From Phoronis australis (lineage: Eukaryota > Animalia > Phoronida): a stretch of DNA of 64,000 nt. Positions 13,169 through 27,300 of this stretch are shown here, one piece after another. The notes beneath the pieces were generated by a model. The model worked only from the letters and a program-made list of their open reading frames with translations. It was not told the DNA's origin and did no database searches. The number at the start of each line of letters is the position of its first letter. The first letter of the stretch is position 1. Where the stretch lies: contig NMRA01000471.1 of assembly GCA_002633005.1 (NCBI GenBank), positions 281,345 to 345,344 on the forward strand, read 5' to 3'. The translations under genes were made by a program, and so were the position numbers.

Positions 13169-15523
13169 CAGCTAAATCACAATCAAGGTCCATATTCGAG
13201 AGTTGACTGTGTTCAGGTCTCAAATATTTTTTTTTTTTTGGTCACTTACCAAATGCAAATGGAACCTCATATGCAAAGAGTTATTTAGTTGTGCAAATTA
13301 AAAAAAGGATCATCAAAATCGGACAATGTTTAAGAAATTTATCCATGTTTTTGTCTATGAATTTCAAGCATTTTTAGCGTTACAAGTGGCCATTTGAAAA
13401 ATTACAATTTTCAATTGTCAACTGTAGAAAAGAAATTTATTTTATTAATTAAGCAATTGCTTAGACATGACTGGGAATAACATGAGTCACTTTCAGAATC
13501 ACTTTGATGAAGTTGTGCTTAATCATTGAGAAATGGTAGGGTTCATCATAAAACAGCCACTCCTTACGGAATTTGTAAATTCTGTGTTTCTAACCCTCAC
13601 CTACTGTAAAGAAGGTTAAAACCTAAAGTTCACACTCTGTAATAAAAAGAACTGCAGAATATGTTAGCCTAAGCAACACAGCAAATTATTCAATATCTAA
13701 ACAAACCAAAAGTTTGGATATTGACTGGGTTCTGCTGTGTTGAAAATGGGCCCAAAAGGCTAACAAAATGTAGTGTACGTACGGTTACCCCCATGTGAAT
13801 TTCAGTAACACAAATGGTCATTGCAAATGAAATTATTGCCTTTTAAATAACAACATGGTGCTTAATATTATCAAAGAAAAATAAATGGCCATACAACATT
13901 ATGTTACCATGTGATGCAGAAACAGTGATGTAGTGTACCTACCCCCATGTTTACAAATGCCATGAAATTTAATTATCACTTGGTAAGTGAGCAACATTGG
14001 TCATAGACAGTTTCCTTCCTTAAAAATGTTAGGTTAAAATGGTGTTTATTGCAAATACATTTGTTTTGAGTGAAATATTAGCATTTGTGTAGTGTACGTA
14101 CCCCTATATTTTAATTTGTGCCTATTTTCAAAGTATGGCAGATACGCACATGGACACTGTGTTCTTTATTTTTTCCCTTTGAATTGATTAGTAAATCAAC
14201 TCTCAGTAGGTTCTTAGTATATAGTTACAAACTTGACATGTCATTGAAATATAGTGTACGTACCCCTGCGTACCCGATGTGAACAAATACCATGAAACAA
14301 AAACATTACACAGTAAGTAAGCAACACTTGTCAGACAGTTTCCTCCTTTAAAAATGCTGTTAAAAGGGTGTTCATTACAAATACATTTGTTTCGAGTGAA
14401 ATATTAGCATTAGTGTAGTGTACGTACCCCTACAATATAACATGTTCCTGTTTTCAAATAATGACAGATAATATGCACATGTATGCAGAACTTATTATTT
14501 GTTCTCTTTGAATAGATTTGGTAAATGAACTAACTCTCAGAAGATTCTAAGTATTTTTTTATAAATCTGACAGGTCATTGAAATGTAATGTACGTACCCC
14601 TGTGTAGTGTACGTACCTTCAACCTCTGTGCTATAAAGTATTGCCCACAAGTATTTTTACATACTGCTAGAACTGCTGTTCTCATGAACAATACTGATAT
14701 TTCCAAAATGAATCCAGTCTGACAAAAATAAACAATGGACATTATTAAATTTGTGGGCAATAAAATGCCACACAGGATTTGGCTAGTAACATCCTAGAAG
14801 ACATGTCATGTGACAACTGATGTTGCAGAGGCAGGTTCTCTATCTCTCAAGACAACTTGCAACAAACCAACGAGTAGAGGAAGCACAAAACTCGAGACCA
14901 TCCCACACATTTGTAAATTAGTTAAAATTTGACGTTGATTGACTGTGCGTAGTGTACATACCCCCCTAAACAGTAACATTTTTACTGTTTACAAGTGGAA
15001 CACTGGTCCTAGCATTGCTTTAACTATTTTGACCAACTGGTGAATGTATCGAAAACTAAGCAAATACCACCAAAAAAGTTTTAGAAAAAAGTACATTCCC
15101 GTACTTGTCATTTTCTTTTTGTAAGAATCACATTGCAAGAGAAGAAATTCTCCTTATACTGTGTTAAGATATGCAATGTATCATCATCTAGAACAACTTG
15201 ATCAGCACAGTAATAACTTTTCTTACTCAAGTATGTGATACTACTTCAATTTGCTCAAGAACTTATTAAAGTAACAGCTACCTTATGAATTTTTGCATGA
15301 TAGAAGTGGGCTGTGACCACAATTTGTAGTGTACTACCCTTGTATACAACTGTGATGCACTAGGCCATAAAATTTTATTCAGTGGTTCTTGTGCAAAAAT
15401 ATTTTAGATTACAAACCTGGAATGATGGTACTTTAAAATAACCCAGCTTTTACAGTTATACGACAACCTTCATTTTTCACCAAAAGTGGCCACCGAATAT
15501 GGACCTTGATTGTGATTTGCCCG
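13169..15523. mobile_element. Non-autonomous TIR DNA transposon (~2.35 kb) with internal repeated motif GTAGTGTACGTACCCC
   Basis: Perfect 25-bp inverted repeat AAATCACAATCAAGGTCCATATTCG at 13174-13198 / 15494-15518, about 9 internal motif copies and an internal ~300-bp duplication. The exact termini and TSD are ambiguous. Confidence 0.8.
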
Positions 15524-17033
15524 AAACAGTTAACAATTACAAAACTTCAAAGTTGTTATATGGGGCTTGAAACTGCCCATACTCGTGAAGCTGTTGTCAG
15601 TCATATTGGAACAGCACCTGAAGATGAATGAATTTATTGCAACCGTGTTCAAGATGAATGCATCAGTCATCATATTTGTTGTCAGTAGTTTTGTAACTCA
15701 CCACCTGAAGATGATTCATTATGATACCGGAATGGAATTTATCACGTTTATTCATAATATGAACAGCATCAAGCTAGTGTTTATTCAGAAGGATTAAATC
15801 GACTTTCAAGTTTGTACTCTAGAGTTTCTTCAGCTTGTGACTAGCAAGGCACAACTTTGGCATTTTTGCTTGAATTTCAGGAAACTATGAATGATCTCAT
15901 TTCTTTCCATGTCCCATATGTCAGGGTGTGGAAACAATTGTATAGCCACACCAATAAATTCCACCTTCAATCCCCTAAACCCTAGTCACATACCAGCAAA
16001 CCCCAAAACCACAGTACAAATTCTGCACCCATGTCCTTAGACACTACACGCACCAAAATACACCATATTCGGGCACCCAATTCCAGTCTCTAACCATGGG
16101 GTGCATAGCTAGAATTCAGAAGCACGGAGATGGATTCCTTTCTAACCAATCACATTGCAGCTGGCATGTTTTTTGATTTGCTGGTCAACAATGGGGTTGG
16201 TAAGATTCAGTCATCAGTGATGTTTTTTTTCTATTCTCATTTGTATTCTTCCAACTGGTAATTAGTACGTCCCAACCTGTATTTTTGTGCATCCCTTCAT
16301 ACAAAATCAGATGGTGTACGACAACAAACATTTGAATCACAATATTAAAATTGCACAAAAATGGCGAATTATGGCAGCCTAGAGTCACATCACAAAATTG
16401 ACGCACTTTTATGGAATACGATGTAGCCATTTTCTGCGTTGTGCAAGACAACTTTTAAAATGTTGCCATGGTGTGATAATTGGACTGAAATGTCTAGGAT
16501 ACTGTACCACTTAATCTATTAACAATCCTTATTCTACAGACAAGCTCAGTTTATTTGATTTTGTTTTGTGACACGCCATCAGATGGTGCTGCAAGTAAAT
16601 ATACCATACATGACACTTTTTCATTTGTTAAATATTTCAATTCTTTACTATGGATTATTTTTAGACTGAAGGTTTAGGGAATCGACACCAAGGATTACTT
16701 TCAACCCCCTGACATGGAACACTGTGAGAAATGAGGTTAGGTTGAAACTTAACAAAATTCTTGAGAGTATTTTATGTTAAACATTATTCAGGTGGGTTAA
16801 AAATATGAAACTAGAATTGGGTCTTTTACGCTAATAAAATCTGTCTCACAAATTCATAGTAATGACAGGTTTTCGTTCCCGTTACCAACTCCAGTAATAA
16901 GCAATGCGTACATGCAACATTTTCAAACTCGCAACTATGAGGAGAACCAACCTGAATATCAAGTAGACCTAAGTGATAACTAAGAATTAGTTCATGAAAT
17001 ACAACATTACAGTGAATTCTCCAACAAAACATG

Positions 17034-17152
17034 AAGTCTCAGTGTTTACTGACAGTCACAGCTTGCTCAGTCACTAAGTCTCAGTGTTCACTGAGTCACA
17101 GCCTGCTCAGTCACTACGTCTCAAGTGTTCACTGACAGCCACAGCTTGCTCA
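17034..17152. repeat. ~42-bp tandem repeat x3
   Basis: aagtctcagtgtt(t/c)actgacagtcacagcttgctcagtcact repeated. Confidence 0.8.
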
Positions 17153-18431
17153 CCTTGAATTTCCCACCATTGTCCTATTTATTTCCATCCAATAGCATGC
17201 TGTTTTGAAAACACCATTTTGCAAGGTTTATTTATTATTGCTTGGCAGTGACCTCTTGGTTGTGTAAACAATGACATGCTTCTGGAGGACCACTCTATGT
17301 AAAAAACTCTGATAATAACTATATGAGAGAGGGAGATACAGAAGAAAGGACAAGGAACACCAAGTACTTCAAACTCTAAGCTAACTAATGTGTTTCAAAA
17401 CTAAGAAATCTGTATAAGTTTAAGGTTGTATGGTAAAAAAGCTCATAATTTGCAAAAATGCAACTATAGATATAAAGACTTTCTTTTTGAGACAGCAACA
17501 GTGCTGGCCCAGTGCAGACATTGATACTGTCTACCTTAAATAACAATTTTCTCATACAGACACAGAACAAGCCTTTGGATACCAACATTTTCTTGCACTT
17601 ATTTGTTACGGGGGGGGTACTCCTAGACAGGTACACACACAAAATGTCACTCATAAGGCCAACTTACACAACCCGTTTCCCTACCAAAGAGCAGTTTTAC
17701 CAACTAAGTTCACAAGGAAAGGGTGCCTTTCCTGCCTTTTGAAAGGGTCATTATAGGTTTAATATGGAATAGTACTCAGTAGGCCTATAAACCCCTGGCC
17801 ATGCACAGCCAATGCCTGGTCTTTCATGAACATGGCAAAACTAAAAGCCAAAGGCGACATTCTCGTGGAATCTCCCTACTACTGGGTCATTTTTTTCAAG
17901 TTCACACCCTAAACAAGTAGGCATCCTAACTTTTCAGCAGCACCTCTCACGAAAATGTAATGGAAAGCACACCCCCCCCCCCCCNCCCCCCCCGTTTGGT
18001 GTCATTGTCATCAGCCCGCATTTGGCTATGCTCCAAGAATGAGGTGTTCGTTGTTGCTCTCGGCTGATGAATTTGTTTTGGCAAGACCATGACATAGGTC
18101 TAAATAATGACCAAGAATTCTATGGTAACAAAGAATAATCAAAGTTATACGTTAATTTAATATTTAATTAATTTCCCGACAACGATGGTGTTCCTACCTA
18201 AGCCTACTAAAGTCTGAGGCCGCGGTGGTCGGTCGGCGGGATGACATAAAAGTTACAGTACCCAAATACCACTTCAGTCGTGACAGCCTCAATAAAGAGT
18301 CTTTTCTTCAGCAAAGATAAATGCAACGGACAAGAAGCACTCAGCGCATTCAAAAAACACAAAGGCATGGTTACATCATAGCAAAATATGTAGCATTTAC
18401 GCTTACAACTAAAAACGTGCCGTTGACTTAC

Positions 18432-18600
18432 CCGCTTCTCACTTCGACGGCTGCTTGGTGCACGTGATTGAACGCAAATAATTCATTGGCTTAAAGCGGG
18501 ACAAGTGCCGTCTTTTGACAGACATCTGCACTAAGTTTCTAAACCGAACGCGCGCTCACAAATGAAAAACGCCGAAACGACCGTTTTGACGGCGGCGTAC
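18432..18600 (-). promoter_or_regulatory. Probable promoter and non-coding first exon of the stathmin gene
   Basis: CpG-rich patch with a consensus minus-strand donor (gcgg|GTAAGT, exon end 18432), CACGTG and CCAAT-like motifs. The first coding exon starts with a splice acceptor, so an upstream exon is required. Confidence 0.55.
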
Positions 18601-20464
18601 AGTCTATTTCCATTAGAAACACAAATACAAGTAAAAGTATTATATGTTAATAAGGATAGAGGTCGATTGTCCCAAGGGCCACTGGTCCTTAAAACCTTAG
18701 TTTATTAAAAAAAAATAAAATCTTTATAATCCCTCTTGGTCATTGCAGGGCCAGGCGCGGCATTAGTCCAAAGGGCCATTGGTTCGTAGGGTCGTCAGCA
18801 TCTGTGAGATTCAAAAGAAGATCAAATGCCATTTATTTTGATAAATAAATGTATAACAATTTTTAATTTTTTACGGTATAGGACTGAATAAACATTCTGC
18901 TTGAAGCGGCCTAGTACCCGGTACCAATTTGTTACGCCGGGTCAGGCATGTCTGATGTCGAAAAATAACGAAATTCAGCCGACCCGCCGCCAGACAAGAA
19001 ATTCACTGTAAGATGTGAAAATGGAAGCAAGGTAAGGACAAATTTTTAACTAGAACTAATTATCATGCCACACTGACTACCAAACGGCCCACGGGACACC
19101 GGAGATCAAAACGATCTTCGAGGTACACAAAAAAAAAATCCATGTGGTCCAGTACATACCAGTGGTCTCAAAAATTTGATTATGCAAAATATACGCTAGA
19201 TGGTGCTCGACAGGAACCCCAAAACACAGGAAAACTTTTGAAATTTCAGTGTCCCCCAGAAACCCGAAGCAAAAACCTCAGTCCCGGCCATTTGGCGAAG
19301 TGGGCAAAAACCATGACACTGTCCCCTCAGAGAAACAAAAATGTCCGAGAAAATGATGAAAACCCACAAGAAGTCGGCGCGAATGCACAATGGATTTGAA
19401 CGTAGTACCTCGTTTTTTTCAGTAAAAGGTCCACATACTGAGAAATTTGAGCACCCTACTGTAGGCTGGGGTTACTTCATGCACAGGTGTTGTGATCAGA
19501 CACGTGACATTTGTTGTGTCAAACAGTATTTTTGTGGTACCTCTGATGTTTGAGTTAACTCGTTTTTAAAGAATCCTTTTGGGTTTCTGGCGTGCCCCTT
19601 CCAGAGAGCAAGTTTTTACCATGGATCATTCATTGCTCAGTGTACAGCGCACTTTGAATCAGTTTTGGCCGGTATCGGCCTAGAATACCGACCTAGCTCA
19701 TATCTTCAAGAGCATTTCGTGGGTAATATTTTGCATGGAGTGGTCTCTTGTGATCCTAACTCAGAAGATATTTTATCTGTGACAGACCATTGGCATGTAC
19801 TGTCATATGAAATTGTTTTATGTAGTACCTCGAATGTTCAGTTTCTATGGTTTTTTGTGTTTCTGACTGCCAACTGAACCTTTACAAAATATTAATTTGT
19901 TTGTCATTGGTGTCAAGGGTCAAGCGGCTGCTCAAGTGACACCATGAGTATTTTAAACGGTTTCGGCGGCAGTACCACGAATCTAGTACTTTTCAACGCC
20001 CTTATAAGGTACTCAGGGACCTCTGACACACAGTGCAGACACCGGCAGGCATCCATTTCTGGATGTATTGGAGGAACACTCTAGTATAGTGCTCCTGTGG
20101 TCAATCAATGTTGAATTTAGGGGTTTATTTATCTTGAAGAAAAGTTTGTAAAAAATAAAGTTCACTTGAAAAAGGACTGCACCATCGAAATGGAATTTGT
20201 GACAGCGACCGTAACTGCGTTCGTGTCAACGATATTTCACAGTCAACCTTCTTTCAAACCTAAAACCCATTCAGTTCAGCTATTAAAATTGAAGAAATTA
20301 ATATTCGCAAGAGTAAAAGGCTATTAAAGTGTCAACTACGTTATCTTCAGGAACCTCCGACACGGCAGAAACTGAACTTTGAGTAGCAGATATATGGAAA
20401 AAGGTTTATCTCCGCGAATCACACTAGAAATAAAAATAAAAACAAAACAAAACAAAAAAAGACG

Positions 20465-20576
20465 TTCACGCGACCGTACATTCACGCGACCGTACATTCA
20501 CGCGACCGTACATTCACGCGACCGTACATTCACGCGACCGTACATTCACGCGACCGTACATTCACGCGACCGTACA
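20465..20576. repeat. CpG-rich 16-bp minisatellite x7, ttcacgcgaccgtaca
   Basis: Perfect tandem copies ~760 bp upstream of the ANKRD13C ATG. Confidence 0.95.
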
Positions 20577-21332
20577 CAACTTTCATGTGTGATTACATTA
20601 CATTTCTGCGAGTCATCTAAGATTTTTAAAATACATCGACTGAGCCGGCTTCTAGTTCAACTGCCGGAGACGCCGAAAGTCGCCCACTCAGGAAAACGTT
20701 TAGGCGGATCGAACTATCTGACGGGGATCGGGCTTTGGCCCCTTTGCCCCTACCACTGAAATCCGCCACTACAAAGACTTAGGCACACAAATCTGGCACT
20801 CAGACTATCACAGACTAGTTTGGTTTACACCCGGCCGCCGGATAACGGGTCCTCCCGCTCAGTCACACGGCAACTCATGGACAAAGAATAAATTGACATA
20901 AGAAATCCTTTCAACAGTCCCGGAGTTTTGTTCTCACGTGAGAAAGGAAGCTTTTGCAGAGTTTCCATACCCCTTTCGAACATCATGGCTTCAAAAAACT
21001 TTTGAAAGTGTTACTGAGTAACAATTCACATGAGATAGAGAATAATTGAACTGCTATCCAGTAACACTTTTATATTCAAAGCAATTTCCGAAATTGTACG
21101 TTGCTTGAAATGCTTAAGGAGTTTCTGCGCTCATCCGAGTTTCCCTTCCAAGATTGCGTTCAGTCATATATATACAAAACACTGCCGAGAAAAAATTGTA
21201 GATTTCGATCGTTACGCAATACCTTGCTAGTGCTTGCGGGCACTTGCATCACAACGCAGGTTTTGTTTACCAGTCGCTTGAAGCGACATCTATTGACGAA
21301 ACATAAAGGTATCTCGAAGCTCAACAACGATT

Positions 21333-24300
21333 ATGGCGGAGGAGGATTTCCCTCTCCATCGGAGTGTTTTTAATGACGATTTGAAGACAGTTTCTTCGCT
21401 TTTGAGAACTCATGATGTCAGTCAAAAAGATTTGCACGGTAAGGCATCGAACCTCTGAAATCATGGGAACTCTCAGATTTCAGTAACTGTGATAAAATTC
21501 GATCGGAACATATTGACAACTAGATCGTTCTGACTTAGCCTACTCAACATTGGCAATGATTGAAAGTTACGAGAAACATCGACGAACGAATTTTGGAGAC
21601 CAGAGCTCGATTTTGAGTTCACGCGTTGTTGACAATCACACTTTTGCCTCTGAATTATTGAGGAGGTGTTCCTTAAACTAAAAGCATCATCAATTGGCCG
21701 GGATACACCCTGCGACAGAGGAACTGTGAGGACAATATACGGCAATGTCATACACTTCATTGACCCTGAATCTCTAGTACTTAGCCCTACCCTTTCCCAC
21801 TGATACGAGGGGTAGGCCTAGCACTGTGACAGGGTCATGTTTTCATGACTTTTGGCTTTTAATTTGTTAATATAGAACTCAGTTACTTGGAAATTCTAAT
21901 TGGCTGGAAAATACAGTTATAAATAGACAGTGACCACCGTCTCTAGCTGGCCAGTTGAGACAGTGAAGCTCCTACATTAAAGTCACGTTGTTGTAATAAT
22001 GTAATATCATTTGCACATGGAGAGACACTTTTGGAGGCCATTGGTGTCTTTATTTCCTTCCAACTCAAACACACGTAGTCCTGTAATCAAACTGTTTCTT
22101 CGAGCAGTCCTTTGTTCAGTTGCCCAAATCGGCCATTTTTAACGCTGCGCGCCAGGTCAGTGGCGGATTTAGAGGGGGGGGGGNNNNNNNNNNGGGACCA
22201 TGCCCCCCTAAAATTCTCCTAGATTCTGTTTGGAAAATCGGGGTTGCGAATATCCGACAGGAAAAATCCTGGCTAATACTTTGTCTTGGACCCCCCTAAC
22301 TCAAAATGCTGGATCTGCCCCTGCAGGTGGTATGACGTCACCGTCTCTACTGGCCGGCAAGAGATGGTGGTCACTGTCTAAAGCCCAAACTGATGCTCAT
22401 GCCCAACTGCAATTTGGCGCTGGTATTACGAGCCAAACTGAGGCTACCACAAGTTCCAAAATTACTGCCAATGGTTCATAGACGTTTTTCAGAACCTGAG
22501 AAACTACTACGCACGACTCCGCACACATTGCCGTCAACTTCAGTTCTGATAATTGTTAAAAAACCTATTAATTAGTGGCAGTAACTTGGAAACGTACGGT
22601 AGCTTCAGTTTGGCGCAGGCATCAGTTTGGGCAGCAACAGAGCTATAACCCCTCTCAACCAATAACGTAGCGAGTTGAGCGTATTTAACCAATGAATTGA
22701 ATAGTTTTATTATTTCAGTGAATACTAAAACAGAACGGATTTTGCTGTTTCATGAAGTTAATAACTTCAAGAAATCTATTTCCAAATCCTTTTTTGATTG
22801 TAAAACTGATTATGTTCAAACAGAGGCATGCCCACTGCATGGTCACCCACACACAGGCCACGGGTGGCGCTGTGACAGGGCACTTGACACTTGTTCGATG
22901 CTATGCTTGTTTTACTCTCATCCATCTACTTCAAAGGGGGCAGCATGGTCAACTTAACCGTGTTAGCAAATGATTTCGTAATCCAAAAGCCAGTCATGAT
23001 TGAATTTGGGATGGAGAGTAGCGATACCCATTCCTAAGGGCTCTTCCATCTAGCCAGGTTTGTATTATGTGGGGGGAGGTTCCCTTAGGATAGCTTGGTT
23101 GGGTCTTCTCCCATAGGAAGGCATGGTACACTTGGTCTGCCAATCTCTTTGGTAACAATCTCCTTGGTAACAATAAAGCCAAGTGGAGGTTATCTGAGTG
23201 CACTATTCCCAACTGCTTTGTGTGAAACTATTTTCGATAATCTCTCCTAGTCTTTTACAAGTAGTTTTAAATTACATCATCACCTAATTTTGTAATTCTG
23301 ATTATCTGTAACTCTGTATTTTTATTTTCTGGTGGCTCCGTGGTCAGCGGACCCCTCGGGTCCTTCACAGAGTCTCCATAAGCGTAAATTTGTATTGATT
23401 GTTTATTACTTCTATTACTGTACTCTGCAAGCCACTATCTCCGAAAGCTGCAAATAACTGAGAAAAAATATGATGCAAATCGCTTGCATAGCCATAAAAC
23501 CCAACAGAGTGAGTGTTAACCTGTCTGCGAATTTCGATCTTTTTGATGTTGTGTGATCCTTTAAATTTAGCATTATGTAATTACAATCGTTTAACTAACA
23601 CAATTTACTTGAACACATGCTCAAAATGCCTGTATGTCAGTTTAGCAGCCCTAAAACATTGTGACTGCCTGGGGTTGGGAGGGAACTGACACCAATTTAA
23701 GTCAGTACTTTAGCAATAGACTCTAATTATGTTCCCTGATCTTGAGAACCAATCAATTTCTTCCAATGAACAATTGGCATTGTTGAGTGCTTGCCTTGCT
23801 CTCAAAATCAGGAACCACCACAAGTGACTATTGCGTACATTCCCTGGGTGTTCTTCCAAGATGGGTATTTTGCCCCCACCTGGACTTCTGACAAAGTGGG
23901 TATTTTGGTACCCATGACTGAAAATTTGAAAGTACAGTAATACCTACTGTGTGGAAAAGAACCGACGCCCCTCCCCTTGAGCATAGCCATCTAGGCACAG
24001 TTGATCTTGTACAGGGGCGGAACCAGGATTTTGAGTTGGGGGGGGGGCAGGGCAGAGTATTAGCCAAGATTTTGAGAATTGTAGGGGGGGCTTTGGCCCC
24101 TTTGGCCCCTCTCTAAATCCGCTACTGTTGTATGTCATAATGAAGATGCTATTGCATTATGGGTTTTTCAAGTCCCCAGTTATCCACTGAGTAACAAATG
24201 GTCNAAATCCGCTACTGTTGTATATCATAATGAAGGTGCAATTGCGTTATGGGTTTTTCAAGTCCCCAGTTATCCACTGAGTAACAAATGGTCATATGGT

Positions 24301-27300
24301 TCTTCACCCTGGATTGTCTGATTTAAGAACCTTCCTTGTGGCATTCTATATAATGTTGGTTGGCATAGCAATGTAATCAAGGACACACCCCTCCTGTTCT
24401 TGAGGTACCTGGAATTTGTGAAATAGTCCTCATTTTACCAAACTGACTGCTGAAAAATGAAATCCCACACTGTCTTTGGGAGAATGATATTGCCACCTGC
24501 ACCCCGGTCTCCTTCAGTCGACCAGCTTTTGGATATAAGTGAACTTTGGATTTAGACTGGAATATAACTGGTCTTGACTTGTTCCTTCTTCTGGTGAGAA
24601 GTGCTTTGTGGACTCACAAACAACTGACAGTTATTGCTTGAGTTCATATTTAGTACATACAATGAGGTGATGAGACAAGCTAACTTGTAGAGCATATGGG
24701 TGTTTGAGTCCATGTTGAGTACATACAATGAGGTGATGTGACAAGCTAACTTGTAGAGCATTATATGGTCTCAAGTTATAACAAACTTTTAGCTCTTTCA
24801 AAGCCATGAAATCTCCTCTAATTTGACTTACGACCAATTTGAGAACAATTTCACAATCATGTATGCGGTGTGAACTAAAACTGTGTTGAAATTGCCTGTG
24901 TTGGCAGATATTTATAAAGTAGGATAACATAGACTAGATTGTTCATTTTAACTGCCTGTGTTGGCAGATATTTATAAAGTAGGATAACATAGACTAGATT
25001 GTTCATTTTAACTGCCTGTGTTGGCAGATATTTATAAAGTAGTATAACATAGACTAGATTGTTCATTTTAACTGCCTGTGTTGGCAGATATTTATAAAGT
25101 AGTATAACATAGACTAGATTGTTCATTTTAATTGAGAAATCTGGCAAAATAAAACACCACATATAGGCCATAGGATGGGTGAAGGATTACTGTGCACAGA
25201 AGTGCTATTTTTTAAATTACTCATTTTAAACATATAAATAACAATAATTTATTGTTTAAGTAATAAGTGCACAATTTTTTGTTTAGCACCTTGGATTACT
25301 TCTAGCCCAGTACAAGGTTCTCATGTGTGGTGACATCCCTAGTTCTTTAGCCAGACAGTTGATGTCCTCAAGAGGTCATTTTAGCCATCAGTTTGCTCTC
25401 CATACATTTTGTGGCCATTTTAATGCAGGAATTATGGTTGAAGCATTATATCTATGTAATAAACTCAACGGTAAATAAACAAAGATGTTCTTCTCACTAT
25501 GTCCATATACCATTTAAAGTTCTTGGCGGTCTAGTTACAAAACTGAATGATAAAAAATCAACAATTTTGAACTAACTCAAGTGCATCAGTGTACCAAGAA
25601 AACTGACCATTTGTACTGCTCACATTACTGGCATTCTTGCTATAAGGAGGTGTTGGTGAAAATGTCAGTAGTTTGAGCTGGCATATCCTAGAGCTAGTTA
25701 AGATATGAGAACACATTATATGGATTAGTTTGCTCAAGGTATCAGTGTTTATAAGTGTTATACCTGCCCATCATTACTTTGTGTGTTGTTGATGGGCAAT
25801 CAATCTCATCCCTTCATTCTGTTCTCTCCCACACTCTATATATTCCTTGATGACATAATACTTGTTGTTTGACTCTTAAGTCACTAAGTACAAGTCACAT
25901 GGCAGTGGGTGCAAATGAGTTAAACACTTGCAGTATTGATGTATCATGCTGGTGAAATGATATCCTGAGGGTCCCCATGGAAAGTAGCGAGAACTGAGGG
26001 GGCTATCCTCATTGTAAATATTACAATCATAAATAAATTAAATAAATAAGTAAATAAATAAAACAAATTGGTATCTAAACTACTCTTAATTCTCCACTTA
26101 TTAGGTGCAAATATAATCGTCAAATTTGTCGTTTTCCCGTGTTAAAAGGCTAATTTATTTTCTGCAGATAACGGAAAATTTTCGAAAATTGTTTTATGAA
26201 ACCTACACGGTACAAACCATCATGGCAGTGACTTGTTAACTGATAATGTCAGTCTAGGAACCAGTATTGGTTCTTAGTGTCAGCTGACCAGGCACAGGCA
26301 TGAACCTGGATGAATGTTGAAATTTATTTTTGTATCCTGCAAGTGACCTTCATGTCCTGGTGAAATTTCTTGTAGAGTATTCATCCTTGGTGCTCATTAC
26401 TTTGGGTAATCTTACATCATATTTATGACGTAATCTCTCACTTAGGTAAATATTACATACAACATATTGGGTTACATTCACACCTGGTTGGCTTCACCTA
26501 TTTATGACTTGTGATAAGTCAAGTGCAACCTTTACATTCTTGGTTGAGTCGGTCAGAGTTCACAGACCTGCTGATTTCTGTTACTATATTTTGTGTCAAT
26601 CTCTAAATGACTGTCAAGGTCTCTATTTATTATCATCCTTGTTTCTGTTTTTACTGTCCTGCTTACTGTCGTCATGGCCACCTTCACTGCCGTCATGGCC
26701 ACCTTCACTGGCCCCATCGTTTTCATCGTTGCCATGGTCAAGTTTATCTTTCAGTTTTACTGTATGAAATTCTCTTGGGTGCTTTCATATAATGTAAAAT
26801 TTATTGAGTTAATATTTACTTTTGATAACCTAAAATGACACTGGCTTCTGTTCAGCTACGTGGAACAATAGATACTGATCGCTTAACCTTGCAAAACTGG
26901 TTTTGAAATTTTCCTTACAGTGTTGAGGCTGTTTCCATTACCACAATGAACATAGCGAGAAATTATGAACGTAGCGAGAAATTATGAACATAGCGAGAAA
27001 TTATGGACGAAAACACTACAGTCATCGGACTAAACAGCTTTTTCAGAATTTGACCTTGGTTGTCGCTTGACTCCCAACTGAGTACTAAAACCGATGCTAT
27101 CTTGGGAAGAAATGTTCAAGTCTTCTCTTGAAAAGTTTTAAATTAGCTGATCTCTTCATTTTATGTTCAAAGTGGCACACTCGGTTCTAGGAATGAAATT
27201 GACATCTTTGGGATACTTGTTAGATGGGATAGACTTCTACAAGTTATTAGCTCTAATCAGGGCTATAAAACGACAGAATCCATTGTGGTTTTGCGATTTT

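Noticed and set aside
18948-19037. Plus-strand exon-like segment ending AAG|GTAAGG
   Set aside because: Its first two ATGs hit stops, only a 4-codon ATG (19021) reaches the donor, and I found no downstream partner exon. It may be a repeat fragment or non-coding exon; unsupported.
22990-23420. Possible LINE 3'-end remnant (LWNNLP-like fragments and tail); similar tail at ~25960-26062
   Set aside because: Too degenerate to support without a search.
24115-24293. ~89-bp direct duplication around a single n at 24204
   Set aside because: Near-identical copies on either side of a 1-base gap indicate an unmerged contig/haplotype overlap (assembly artefact).
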